From assembly GCA_025594325.1 (NCBI GenBank), contig JANHCV010000004.1:930001-994000 (forward strand): 64,000 bases of DNA, given 5' to 3'. The DNA is from Blastocladiella emersonii ATCC 22665. Its lineage: Eukaryota > Fungi > Blastocladiomycota. The position numbers and the translations under genes were made by a program. The number at the start of each line of letters is the position of its first letter. Position 1 is the first letter of the stretch. Shown here one piece after another: positions 19,880-32,478 of the stretch. The notes beneath the pieces are model-generated. The model had not been told where the DNA came from. It was given only the letters and a program-made list of their open reading frames with translations, and searched no databases.

Positions 19880-20842
19880 ATGTCATCAACAGCCACGCCA
19901 CAAGACTCGACGGAGCTGCGCCAGCGCACGACCGCCTCCGCCCCGTCGCCACCCGCGTCCGCCAGCGGCAACGACGCGCCGCCGAGCGTAGCCCTGAGCA
20001 TCGGGCCCAAGGGCACCCCCGTCATCGTCGACCTGATGCCGTACCAGAAGGAGACGTGGCTGTTCGGTACCATCGTGTTCATGGCGTCGACGGCGCGCAT
20101 CTCCTCCAGCTCGTACGCTGGCATGTGGTGGGGGCTCGACTCGCCCGCCCACCCGATGCACTGGACTGCCGCCGTCCTGTCGCCGTGGATCACCGCGGGC
20201 CTGTGCGGGGCGACCGCCCTCTACACGACGTACGTGCGCGGGCGGAACCCCGACGCCCTCGCGCACGCCATGCAGCGTGTTGCGGTCAACCTCGTGTGGT
20301 CGGCCGTCGTCGTGCGCGTGCTCGCGGGCCCGCTTGGGCTGCCGGTCTGCCTGCCCATCGCGAACGCGATCGCGTCCATGCTCGCGATGCGCGAGGAGGC
20401 CCTCGTCTGGCTCCGCCGCTCGCTGCACCTCCGCGCCGAGGCCAAGTTTGTCGCGCAGGTCCGCGCCGACGCGGCTGCCGCTGCTGCCTCGGGCACCGGC
20501 GCCGCTCCCACCGCCACCTCGACTCCGCCCAAGAAGGAAGACGAGGAGGAGATTGACGAGCACTCGATCAAGGACAACGTCGACTGGGCGCTCTTCTTTG
20601 CGCTCCTCCTGTTTGGCCTGTATGAGATCCTCGAGACAGGGCTCGCGTCCTTTGTCTTCTACCGCTCGCACACCGAGACCCTGCTCAGCGTTGCGCTCGG
20701 GTACGCCGGGTGGTGGCTCGCCTACGTCCAGTGGTACCAGCGGCCTGGCGCCCCCGCCCGCGCCGCGTTCCCAGGTAACTACCACGACTACTCGCGCGAG
20801 CAGCCCGCGGCGGGGCTGGCTGAGGTCAAGAAGTCCAAGTAG
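19880..20842 (+). CDS. Hypothetical multi-pass membrane protein, about 320 aa
   Basis: Single ORF from MSSTATPQD with several hydrophobic segments (WLFGTIVFM, VAVNLVWSAVVV, WALFFALLLFGLY, LLSVALGYAGWWLAYV). No family recognised. Confidence 0.75.
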   Translation: MSSTATPQDSTELRQRTTASAPSPPASASGNDAPPSVALSIGPKGTPVIVDLMPYQKETWLFGTIVFMASTARISSSSYAGMWWGLDSPAHPMHWTAAVLSPWITAGLCGATALYTTYVRGRNPDALAHAMQRVAVNLVWSAVVVRVLAGPLGLPVCLPIANAIASMLAMREEALVWLRRSLHLRAEAKFVAQVRADAAAAAASGTGAAPTATSTPPKKEDEEEIDEHSIKDNVDWALFFALLLFGLYEILETGLASFVFYRSHTETLLSVALGYAGWWLAYVQWYQRPGAPARAAFPGNYHDYSREQPAAGLAEVKKSK

Positions 20843-20879
20843 ATCGGAGGTTGGTGGTGGGTGGGATAGAAATGTATTG

Positions 20880-23800
20880 CTATTGTGGTTGTGGTGATGG
20901 TGGATCTGATTCGCTTGACTCGCTGTCGCTCAGCGGGTCCTTGGGGCCGAGCAGCGGCGCTCGTGGCAACGGTAACGGCGAATCTGGCGGCGACGATGGC
21001 ACGATGGCCGTGGCCACGGTCAGCGACGGCAATGGCGAATCTGGCGACACGACCGCCGTGGCCACGGCCAGCGTTGGCACCAACGCTATCCTCTGCTGGT
21101 GCCGCTCCTTGATCACCTCGGCCGGATCGACGAGATCCGTAGTAAAACCGCTCAAGGTACCGCTCATGCCGCTCCTGCATCCACGCGAGCTGGAGGGCGT
21201 CCGTGGCCGCCGCCCTAAGCTTCTTGGACGACGACGACCCATGCCGCTCCCTCGCCTTGACCTGCCTCGCGCGAAACTCGCGCCGCAGCTTGAGGACGAC
21301 CTGCGACACGTACCACGGGACCAGGACACACGGCGCGGCGACGAAGATCCCCATGAGCGAGTACTTGAGCGCGTTGACGGCCGAGTACGAGCTTGACGCC
21401 GCGGGCAGCGTGAGCAGCGACACGCCCGTCATGGCCAGCATTGACGTGTACGCGACGAGCCGCAAAAAGTTGTCGAGCCGGTTGTGCGCCGGCTGCGTGT
21501 GCGCGTGCTCAATGAGGAACGAGGAACATGATGGCGAGGGCAACCGAGTTGGTCAGCTCCGTGTTACGCGGCAGGCCCTGGCATAGGGACACAATCAAGC
21601 CTTGCTTGACCACGTCCCACGCGAAGTAGTGGTCCTGCTTCGACTCCCGGAACACGGCGTAGAAGGCGCCCCACGTGTCGAGCACTGCTGGGTTCGCGAG
21701 CTGACCCGCGCGTTGGAATGCGCAGACTTTCCACATGGCGCCGACCGGGATCACGACGAACGTGATGGCCAGGACGACCGCGGCCACGCCGGCCATCGCG
21801 AGGTGGCTGCCCTGGAAGCACGGCACGCCGAGCGCCGCTTTGAGCACCTACATCATCGTGGGAGGTGAGATTGTGACCATGGCCACGCGCACCGCGTTGT
21901 CAACCACGTATGTAGTGCGACCCAACGGTCGTACAGCTGAACATTTTCATCACGCCGTCGAGCATTGGCATGAACGTGACCACGTACAGCGACACGTAGT
22001 ACTTGAACCAGCGCTGGTTGACAGACTCGACCGTCCACGCTGACTACGGCGGCGAGTACTCAGCGCCCCGCGCGCGCCGCAGTAGGCGTGTCGCGGCCGC
22101 CTGGAGCCGTGGCGGCGCCTTGACGGTTGTGAGGGCCGCGACGTGGTACAGGGCGAGGTACACCCAGAATACGGCGGGCGTCAGCGACTCGAGGATCAGC
22201 TTGGGCGTCTCGGCGAGCGCGGCCGGGCACACGTTGGTTGGGATCGTGCCCTCGAGCATGTTCAAGAACTTGAGCGAGACCAGGTCGAAGAAGGCGCTTT
22301 GGCCCGACTTGTCGGACTCGAGTATGAAGCCCGTGAGCTGGAAGAAGAGGAGCTACATGTTGGCGGTCGTGAGTGTAGGGTGGACGCGACGCAACGGCGC
22401 CAGTTGTACCAAGTCGGCCATGAACAGCGTCAACGACTCGTTGCTGATGTTGCAAAAGATGACCATGCCGACGCCGAGCACGAGGAGCAGCACAGGGAGG
22501 AGCACGACCATGCCGCCGTCGCTGCAATCGACACACTTCTCGTTCCACTTGTAGAACCCGGCCTGCGCGCACTCGTTGCACAGCAGCCCGGTCCGGCCCG
22601 CCACACACGTCACGTTCGCCGCGCACCCGACGTTCCCGGCGTCCGGGGCACAGCACGCCGCGGCCTCGAGACACGCGTAGATCTTGGGTTCCGTGGCCGT
22701 CGCCGCAGGGTGGTTCCAGTACCCGGCCGCGATGTAGTACTCGCTCCCACCGGGACAGATCGCGCCTGCGGGGCACGCAATACACGACCCGTTGGCAGCC
22801 GGGTTGAAGGTGCCCTCGGGACACGCCTCGCACGACCACCCAAGCTGCGACGCCAAGAAGACGGCCTGTGCGCCGGCCGCGCACGTCGGGCGCGCGCGCA
22901 CCCACGTCGGCAGGTTGCATACGAGCATCGGGTACTCGGCCTTGAGCCGCGCGCACGCCGCGTCCGCGACGGTGAGGTTCTGGTACTTGACGAGCGCGAG
23001 CATCGCGTTGAGCAGCGGCGTGGTCGTCCACCACGACTTGATCACCGAGACGAGAGCCGGCGAGATGGACGACAGACGTGTCGCGTGGTACCGCTTGTTG
23101 TACAAGGGCGAGCCAAAGTCGCACGGGCAAGTGGTGCCCGTTGACGCGTACGCCGCGGTGCACGAGCTCGACACGTCAGGCAGCGTGATGCGCGTCAGCG
23201 ACATGTTGGGCGAGCTGTCGAGGACGTGGCTCGGGCTCGTGATGTGCTACGAGGGCGGCGATTAGTGCGGCGAAGCGGAGACTGAGTTTGGGGCGCGTAC
23301 CCCGAGCCAGGCGGCCTTGCTTGTTGCGTTGTAGGTTGCGGTCAAGTTGGCGATGATGGCGTCGTCGGCTGATGCGGAGGGGATCTCTACACAGCAACAT
23401 GGTGTGGGAAGTCGAGAGGGCTCGCGGGTGAACAAGCGTACCAGCGACCTGGAGGTAGAGACCGAGCCTGTTGATGATGGCCGCGTCCTGCTCGCCGTCC
23501 TTGATGCTACGAACGAGGGAGTCAGGCCACGCTGGTCGGCAAGCCGCGCAAGAACACATACAGTGTGAGGTTGGTCCCGGACCCCGAGTAGACGCGCTGC
23601 GCGGGCGCAAGGAGCACACCGCGCGGTCCAAACTTGGACGCGAAGAGCGGGGTAGTCCCCGCGAGGAGACGATCCGCCTTGGACCCCTGCGCCGCCGCGC
23701 ACGCGGTGAGGTTAGCCATGGCGTCGCGAGTGTAGTCCTGGGCGTTCGAGTAGGCGGCAAAGAAGTTGACCGACGACCGGCCCGAGGTGCCCGAGAAGCA

Positions 23801-24343
23801 GGCGACCTTGTCGGCGAACTTGAACGCGACGTACGAGGCGAGGTCCGAGTCGGCGTCGAGCAAGTAGCTTGGGATGTACCACCCGCTGCGCGGGGAGTAG
23901 CCTTTGGGCCCACCATTGGCGACGAGCACGTCGTAGCCGAGCGTGCCTGGCTTGTTAGACGGCGCTTCGAGGTCAAGGCCAATGATGCCCAGGCCGATCA
24001 GGTCGTTGGTCCGCGTCGAGTTGGTGTCACCGATCGACTGGGCGAGCGAGGCGGCTTCGGACTCGTCGATGAGGGAGACCGAGATGGCGTAGACTTCCTT
24101 GAGGACAGTTTGGAACAGGCGCGCGGTGAGCGCGGACGTGGTGGTGTTCCGCTGCAGCACGCGGACGCGGTAGAGGGGGTCGGGCGCTGTGCAGTTCAGT
24201 CAGATCCATGATGGGTGATCTCACGAATCCAGTGCGAGCATCCTTAGAGCATTGGCGAGGCAGGCCGCGCTCGCAGACCGGGCAGCGAGCGCGAGCACCA
24301 GCGCCACGAGGGCCCACTGCACGTAGCCGCGGAAAAGCTTCAT
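20880..24343 (-). pseudogene. Probable pseudogene of a large Cys-rich (GCC2/GCC3-like) multi-pass membrane receptor-like protein
   Basis: Signal peptide MKLFRGYVQWALVALVLALAARSASA. Repeats CEACPEGTFN..CIACPAGAICPGG and C.AGRTGLLCNEC, then multiple TM helices. Lesions: in-frame TAG at 22046-22044; donor reads ATACGT instead of GTACGT at 21911; 7-bp duplication at 21514-21527; frame switch near 21145. Confidence 0.7.
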
Positions 24344-24836
24344 TGATGCGTTGCATGGTCGCTGAATCATCCCGCACACGGAGACACGCGAGCGAAGCGG
24401 AGACGCGTTCCGAGACGCGTCGCGTAAATCAGGTGATTTGCACGCCGATGGCCTTTTTGGCTTGGCTGCGGTGCCTCTCGCCGCGCCGCCGTGCCGTGCC
24501 ACACTCGCCGCCGGCGCCGACGCCCGCTCTCCACCTCTCCCGCCAAGGCCGCGTCGCACACCACGGCGATCGGACGGATCACTCTCCCGCACCCTGCAAC
24601 GTTGACCAACCTCCCGCCACGCCCCGTCCGCGGCCCGCTGCTGCAGTCGCCACGTCACGCCGCCGCTGCCGCCTTCGACTCGACGACCGACGCGTGAGCG
24701 ACGCCCATCTATCCGCCACGTCGCTGCTCTCGCTCTCGTGGCACCGAACTCGATTCCGGGCTCTCTTCAACACGCGCTCCTGCGGCCGTGAGCGACGCTG
24801 CTGCTCCCACAACAACGACCGAGCGCCGCCGCCGCC

Positions 24837-27800
24837 ATGTTCCAGTCGCAGTCGCAGTCGCGCATCCCGTCGCAGCTCGGGAGCGCCACCTCGGCCAACC
24901 CGGCCGCCGTCTTTGTGGTGGCCGCCCTCGAGAAGCTCATTGGCCTCAAAGAGACCAAGCGGCTGCCCAAGCTGCGCGAGTCCGCCACGGCGACTCTGAG
25001 TACGACCAGCTGCGCCACCACCGCACCCGCACCGTCCCCGTCGCTGACCCGTCGCCCGTCTACCGCACAGACACGCTCAAGTCGCTCCTCGATGACGCCT
25101 CGTCCGACACGGCGCCCAGGTACGCCGCCGTCACCCTCTCGCACGATGCGGGCAGCAACTGACACCGCCCTCGCTCATCTCGTCTAGATCGGCCGCCCCC
25201 GTGCTGTCGCCCGAGCTGATGCGCAAGATGTTCGAGCCGCTGCAGCTCGCGTGCGCGTCGCGGTCCGCCGTGATCATCGCCGTGAGTCTCGACTGCATCG
25301 CGAAGCTCATCTCGTACAACGTGCTCGTCGACAACGTGCCGTACCGCGCCGACGAGGACATTGAGTCGACGCACGACCTCGCGCGGCCCGACGGGTCTAC
25401 CACCGCGGCTGCCTCGCGCCCGTCGACCGCCAGCGCGGGCCCCGCCGCCACGCCCGGCGGCGCGTCCGACTCGCAGCCGCTCATCGAGACGGCCGTCGAG
25501 CTCGTGTGCGAGTGCAACATTGGCGAGAACACGGACGAGAAGGTGCACCTGCAGGTCGTCAAGGCCCTGCTCGCCGCCGTGTCGTCGAGCCTCGTCCCGA
25601 TCCACGGCAACGTCCTGCTCAAGGCCGTGCGCACCACATGGAACATCTTCCTCGTCTCCAAGTCGCCGCAGATCCAGATGGTCGCCCAGGGATCGCTCAA
25701 CCAGATGATGAACATGGTCTTCTCCCGCGCACTCACTGCGCCGACCCAGGCCCAGCTGCTCATGGCCGCCGGCGGGTCCAGTATCGCGGGCGCCGCGTTG
25801 CTCGCCGCCGGATCCGCGAGCGTCCGCACCAGCAGTATCGCTTCCACCTCTGCACCACCGTCGCAGGTCGCCCCCGAGTCCTCGGCGCCCAGCAGCCCGC
25901 CCACCGCGCCAACAGCCGCCGCCGCCGCCCCGCCAGCAGAAGACGACGCCGACAGCGGGGCCGCCGCCTCGTCGTCGGGCGGCGGTGCCGCAGCTCACGT
26001 CGCGCCCGCCACCGCGTCGGGGTCGGGCGAGCTCGACTCGTCGCTGGAAGCCTCGGCGCAGCGCCTGCCGCTCCCGGCGTCGCCCGCGGTGCCCGCGCAG
26101 CAGGAGATCGTGACCGCGGGCCCGTCCGGCAGCAGCACCAGCACCATGCCGTCGGACCAGCTGCTGCGTCGCGCGTCCGTGTCCTTCTCGCGCGACCCGG
26201 CGTCGAGCACGCCCGCCGAGCTGTTTGCGCGCGACGCGTACATTGTGTTCCGCGCGCTGTGCAAGCTCAGCACCAAGGGCATTAACGAGAACCTGCAGGC
26301 GTCCGACATCCGCAGCACGGCGATCCAGTCGCGCGTGCTGTCGCTGCAGCTGATCCTGCTCGCCATCAAGTCGTACCCGGCGCTGTTCGCCAAGCCGTGC
26401 TACGTGCCCGCGCCCGCGGGGCCCGGTGTCGCGCCGAGCAGTTTCCTCGACGCGAGCCGCACGCACCTCGGGCTCGCCGTCGGCCGCGCCCTGGCGTCGC
26501 CCGTCGCGCTCGTCTACAAGGCGGCGCTCGACGTGTTCGTCGCGGTCGTCCTGCACCTCCGCCACGCCATGAAGAAGGAGATCGAGGTGTTCCTGAGCGA
26601 GGTGCTGCTCAACATTATGGAGATGAAGGCGGCGACGCCGACCCAGAAGGTGTCGATCCTGGCCGCGCTCACCGAGATCATGCGCAAGCCGCAGATTCTC
26701 GTCGAGATCTACATCAACTACGACTGCAACCCCGAGGCCCTCGACAACATCTACGAGCGCCTGCTCAACGTCTCGGCCAAGCTCGTCTCGGCCCCGCAGC
26801 TCCCCGCCGACCCGCCCACCCCACAGGACCTCGCCAACGCCTCGGACGTGCACCGCGCCGCGCTCGAGGCCCTGTGCGCCTCGCTCCACTCGCTCGCCGA
26901 ATGGATCGCCGTGTGCAAGCGGTCCGCGTCCCCCGACGGCGGCGGCAACGCGGGGGCACCGCACCTCCACCACCAGCACTCGCTGTCGACCGCGAGCACG
27001 CCCGCCACCCCCGGCCAGCCCGGCGTCGTGCACCTCCCCGGCACCGCGTCGCCCGTCGGCAACAACGGCAACAACGGGCTCGCCAGCGCGGCCGCGAGTC
27101 CCGCGACGGCGCCCAACGGCGCGCTCGCCGCATCGGCGTCGGCGACCGACGACGCGGCGGCGGGTGCGGCGGCCGAGCTCGAGGACAACCCCGAGGAGCT
27201 CATCAACCGCAAGCAGCAGAAGATGCTGCTCAACGAGGCGATCCAGCTGTTCAACAAGAAGCCCAAGAAGGGGATCCAGTTCCTGGTGGACCGCGGCGTG
27301 CTGCCGTCGAAATCGCCCGAGCTGATCGCGCACTGGCTCATCAACACCGAGGGCCTCAACAAGCGCGAGCTCGGCGACTACCTCGGTGAGGGCGACGAGG
27401 ACAACATCGCCATCATGCACGCGTTCGTCGACGCGCTCGAGTTTGGCGGGCAGTCGTTTGTCGACGCGCTGCGCCACTTCCTGCAGCACTTCCGCCTGCC
27501 CGGCGAGTCACAGAAGATTGACCGGTTCATGCTCAAGTTCGCCGAGCGGTACTACGCGGCGAACCGCGACCACGCCGAGAACGTGTTCGCCAACCCGGAC
27601 ACGGCCTACGTGCTCGCGTACTCGGTCATCATGCTCAACACGGACCTGCACAACCCGCAGGTGCGCAAGCGCATGACCAAGGACGATTTCGTGCGCAACA
27701 ACCGCGGCATCAACGACAACAAGGACCTCCCCGTCGAGTTCCTCCACGGCGTGTTTGACGCCATCGCCGCCAACGAGATCAAGCTCAAGGACGACCCGCT

Positions 27801-30285
27801 CGCCGCCGCCGCCGCCAAGGCCGCCGTCGCCAGCATCACGGCCGTCTCCGTGTCGCGCAAGGCGCGCCGCGAGGCCTTTGCACTCGCCCTCGAGGAGATT
27901 GCGACCAAGGTCGAGGTCGCGTTCGACTCGAAGCGCCGCCGCAAGTACGGCACCTGGATCGCCGCCTCGCACTCGGAGCACGTCCGCAACATGTTCGAGG
28001 TGACGTGGATGGCCAACCTCGCGGCGCTGTCGATGCTGCTGCAGAAGTCGGCCGACGCGGCCGAGACGGCCATGATCCTCGACGCCTTCAAGCACTGCAT
28101 CGTCGTCAGCTGCTCGTTCGACCTCGACCTCGAGCGCAACGCCTTCGTGACGACGCTCAGCAACTTCACGCTGCTCAACAACGCCAACGAGATGCGCGAG
28201 AAGAACTTCGGCGCCATCAAGACGCTGCTCGACGTGGCGCTCACGCAGGGCAACGCGTTCAAGAAGTCGTGGCTCGACGTGCTGCGGTGCATCTCGCAGC
28301 TCGAGCGGTTCCACGTGGTCGCGTCCGAGGACCCGTCGGGCATCAGCAACGCGCTGCAGCAGGAGACCACGTCGCAGGGCGTCGTCGTCGCCACCGACAA
28401 GATCTACTCGGGGTCCGTCAAGCTCAACGGGACCGCGATCGTCGACTTCGTCGAGGCCCTGTGCACCGTGTCGTGGGACGAGATCCCGCGCATGTACTCG
28501 CTCACCAAGCTCGTCGAGATCTCGTACTACAACATGAACCGCATCCGCGTCGAGTGGGTCGCCATCTGGGCGATCCTCGGCCAGCACTTCAACCGCATCG
28601 GGTGCCACGCCAACGAGCAGGTCGCGTATTTCGCCATGGACTCGCTGCGCCAGCTGTCGATGAAGTTCCTCGAGATGGCCGAGCTCAGCAACTTCAAGTT
28701 CCAGCGCGAGTTCCTGCGGCCGTTCGAGCACGTGGTCGCGCACCAGCCGTCGTCCAACGTCCGCGAAATGGTCGTCCAGTGCATCCAGCAGATGGTCCAG
28801 GCGCGCCACGTCCAGCTGCGGTCCGGGTGGAAGGCGATCCTCGCCGTGTTCGCCGTGATCGCCGCGCAGGAGACGTCCGAGAAGCTCTTCTCCTTCTCGT
28901 ACGACGTGGTCAAGGCCATCGAGTCGCGCCACCTCGGCGCGGTCCGCGAGCACGGCTACTTTACGGACGCGGTCACCACGCTCGTCGCCTACTGCCGCGC
29001 CAAGCTGTCGCAGAAGGTGTCGCTGCAGGCGGTCGAGGCGATCCACCGCGGGATCCGCGTGCTCGCCGACGCCGACAAGGTGGACGAGGCCGAGTGGTTC
29101 GCGGCGCTGCACGCCCTGTACACGGTGATCGTCGAGTGCGAGCTCGAGGTGCGCACGCGCGCCCTCAACTACCTGTTCTCGGCGCTGCGCGACCACGGCG
29201 CGCGGTTTTCGGCGGCGTTCTGGCAGCGCATTGCGAGCGAGATTTTGTTCGAGCTGTTCGCGCCCGTCACGCGGCCCGGCGCGGTCCCGCGCGGCGAGGA
29301 CCTCAGCATCTGGCTCAGCACCACGCTGATCGCGGCGCTGCGCCAGTTCATTGACCTGTTCGGCACCTTCTACGACCAGCTCGTGCACAAGCTCGGCGAC
29401 GTGCTCGTACTGCTCAAGGCGTGCATCCTGCAGGAGAACGAGACGCTGGCCCGGCTCGGCACCTCGTGTCTCCAGCAGCTCATGGAGTCCAACTACAAGC
29501 ACCTGCACAACGCCGACTGGGACCTCGTGTGCGGCACGTGGAAGGAGCTGTTCGTGGCCACCACGGCGTACGCGCTGCAGGACCCGGCGACCGTCGCGGG
29601 TACGCCCGAGGAGCAGCAGGCCAAGTTCCAGCAGATCATCGTCAAGTGCGTGCTGCAGCTGCTGCTGATCCAGACGGTGCTCGAGGTGACGAGCGTCGAC
29701 CACGTGTACGCGAGCCTGCAGAGCCGACACCTGCTGATGCTCGTCGACACGCTCGAGGCCAGCTACGAGTTTGCGCGCGCCTTCAACGGCAACCTCGAGC
29801 TCCGCACGTCGCTGTGGAAGTCCGGGTTCACCAAGCAGCTGCCCAACCTGCTCAAGCAGGAGACCTCGTCCGTCACCTGCCTGCTGCACATCCTCTTCCA
29901 CATGTACGGCGACGCATCGCTCGACCGCATGTCCGTGCTCCCCGTCGTCGAGGCCAAGCTCATCCCGCTCGCCGTCAACATCCTCGAGGCGTACCGCGAC
30001 CTCGACCCCGACTCGCGCAAGCGCAACGCCTCGGCGTGGAAGCCCGTCCTGCTCACGATTCTCAACGGGCTCGTGCTGTTTGACGACGACTCGGTACGTC
30101 TCTTCTCGTCGTTTGTTGCTTGGTCGACCTGGTGCTGACTCGCCTGCGTCACCGCGTAGTTCAAGCGCCACATCAAGCGGTTCTACCGGTTGTCGATCGA
30201 CCTGCTCATGTACGAGGTGTCCGAGGAGCTGCGGCCAAGTCTACACGCGGTCCTGATCCGCACCGAGCAGTTCATTGAGCACTAG
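24837..30285 (+). CDS. SEC7: Large ARF guanine-nucleotide exchange factor, Sec7/BIG family
   Basis: DCB region (LDCIAKLISY), HUS box (IYINYDC), Sec7 domain (FNKKPKKGI...FRLPGESQKIDRFMLKFAERY...AYVLAYSVIMLNTDLHNPQV), HDS region (RMYSLTKLVEISYYNMNRIRVEW). Short 5' exons and a last exon at 30160-30285. Confidence 0.96.
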
Positions 30286-30516
30286 CGCGCTCCTCTTCCT
30301 CCTCCTCCTCCTCCTCACGTCTACCTAGCCCTCCTCCCTCCTCATTTTGTTGCCCCCGATTCTTATTGTCATACACGCTACCTTTCGTTGCGCTTCTTGA
30401 ACTAGACTATGATATATATACGACTATCCTAGGAGGGGGAAGGAGACTCGTGGATTCGGGCGATCGCGAGCGGGATCAGCGCGCGTCACACAGCGACGGC
30501 CAGTGCAAGGCAGGGC

Positions 30517-31213
30517 TCAGAAGCAGCACTCGCACTCGAACGGACACTGCTCCGTGTCGCCGCCCTCCTTGGCGAGCAGGTCCTCGATGTAGTACAGCGG
30601 GTAGCCGTCCTCGGTGAAGCGCTCTACACAGAGGTTGTGCGACGGGAGTGAGTGGCGATCGTGCGGCGCGAGTGAGCGAGCGACAGCCGCGCGATGCGAA
30701 TGAGTAGCAGCCGCGCGACGCGCGATGATCAAACGTACTCTTGTCCGTGTTGCCGAGGAACTCGTCCATGGACTCGACCTTGCTGCCCGCAGGCGCCGCG
30801 GCACCCTTCTTGGCGGCAGACGCGGGCGCGCCCGTCTCGGCCGAATCGGAGAACTCGACGACCTTGACGCCCGACGCAGCAGCCGGAGCGGAGGTAGCAG
30901 ACTCCTCGGACGCCTCGGCAGCAGCTTTCTTGGCCTTCTTTTTCTTCTTCTTACCCTCGGTGGGCTCAGCGGCAGCGGGTGCGGGCGGGGCCGGCTTGGA
31001 CTTGCCGCTGAAGATGTCGTCGATCTCGAGCGCGCTCACCTTGGAGGTCGACGCAGCAGGAGCCGGAGCGGCAGCCGACTTGGTTACCTTACCGCTGGCG
31101 ACCTTAGTGGTCGACTTGGCGGCGGCACTCGCCTTGGCCGATCCAGCACCGGCAGCGGGCTTCACGGCCGCCTTCTCGGGCTTTGCATTCGCTTTCACAT
31201 TAGGTTTTGCCAT
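30517..31213 (-). CDS. DUF1764-like small Lys/Ala-rich protein with a Cys-rich C-terminus
   Basis: C-terminus RFTEDGYPLYYIEDL..GGDTEQCPFECECCF matches my recollection of the DUF1764 pattern. Start MAKPN at 31213; one intron of roughly 30738-30627. Confidence 0.7.
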
Positions 31214-31467
31214 GCTGACAGGAAGGATCAGGTTGTACGAGGCGATGGACGGCCTGCGGAAGCGACCAAGGTCGAAGAGAGGAAGTGAGCGATCAGCCAC
31301 GACGTGACGCGAATGCGCCACTTGGCCACTCTGGTCGCTCGCCGGTGCGCCTCGCCGCCGCCTGCGGCGCCTGCGCTGGCTCCCGCGCTCGCTGCGCTTT
31401 GATGCTAGCACGATCGACCACGAGCTCCTTCTTTTCGGTTACTCGAGCAGCCGACGCAATTCTGAAA

Positions 31468-32478
31468 ATGGCGAACACCCCCGTCCGGTTGGTATCCTCG
31501 CGCGCACCGCGCCGGACAACCCGCACACGCCACCATGTAACTTCGCCGCCGCCCGGCCTGCACGCACGCATGATGTCGCTGTGCCGCCCTCGTCGTCACC
31601 GCCCTCTCGAACGAACGATTGCTGGACGAATCGCTGGCCGAACCGCTCCACCCGCCGCGGATGGGTGGACGTGACCACCTGCGTTGCGCCGCCGCACGGG
31701 ACCGCTGCAGTCGCATTTCCTGCAGGAACGCTGCCCGAACTACGTCGGCACGCTGCCCGGCAGAAACGCCGTCCCTGCGGTGGTGGTGCCTGTTTCGCCC
31801 GTCGTGGTGCCGTTCGTGCTGTCCGCGGTGACTCTGCGTTTCGTCCAGCACGGGGAACCTAACGTCCCGACGTTGCTGCGACGTCTGTTCGTTCAGGACG
31901 TGTCACGTCACTCGTCCTGTCGAGGCGCTAGGCGGTCCCCGTCGTCGTTGCACTCTGCATCGATGCTGCGCTGTGCTAGCGGTCGACTCGGCGTGTGAGG
32001 CTACTTGACGTCGTGTGGCGTTGTCCGGCGCACTTCACCCCTCCTTGCCCTCGAACCGAGTGCTGACTCGTCGTCTTCCGTCCTGCCCGCTCCAGTCTCT
32101 ACTCGAAGGCCCGTATCCTCGGCTACAAGCGCTCCCTGCGCAACCAGCAGACCAACCAGGTCCTGCTGCGCGTCGAGGGCGTCCACAACAAGGAGGACAC
32201 CGACTTCTACCTCGGCAAGCGCGTCGCGTACGTGTACAAGGCCGAGCGCGCCATCAACGGCTCGAAGATCCGCGTCATGTGGGGCCGAATCTCCCGCCCC
32301 CACGGCAACTCGGGTGTGGTCAAGGTCATCTTCAAGAACTCGGTCCCCCCCAAGTCGTTCGGCGCCCGCGCCCGCGTCGTACGTTTCTCTGCTCTCGTTT
32401 CGTGGTCCTGCATCGGACTTGTCCGCTCACCACCACTCGTCGCCCGCCCTCTAGATGCTCTACCCCTCGCGCGTGTAA
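31468..32478 (+). CDS. RPL35A: 60S ribosomal protein eL33 (L35a / yeast L33)
   Basis: Exons 31468-31487, 32096-32378 and 32455-32478 give MANTPVRLYSKARILGYKRS...FYLGKRVAYVYKA...WGRISRPHGNSGVV...PPKSFGARARVMLYPSRV. The first-exon assignment is inferred from phase compatibility. Confidence 0.93.

Noticed and set aside
20972-21073. Imperfect tandem repeat that also reads as a plausible plus-strand peptide (GNGESG..AVAT)
   Set aside because: Explained by the repeated PDSPLP..VATA unit in the cytoplasmic tail of the minus-strand receptor pseudogene.
25060-30171. 809-aa and 887-aa minus-strand ORFs
   Set aside because: Antisense shadows of SEC7.
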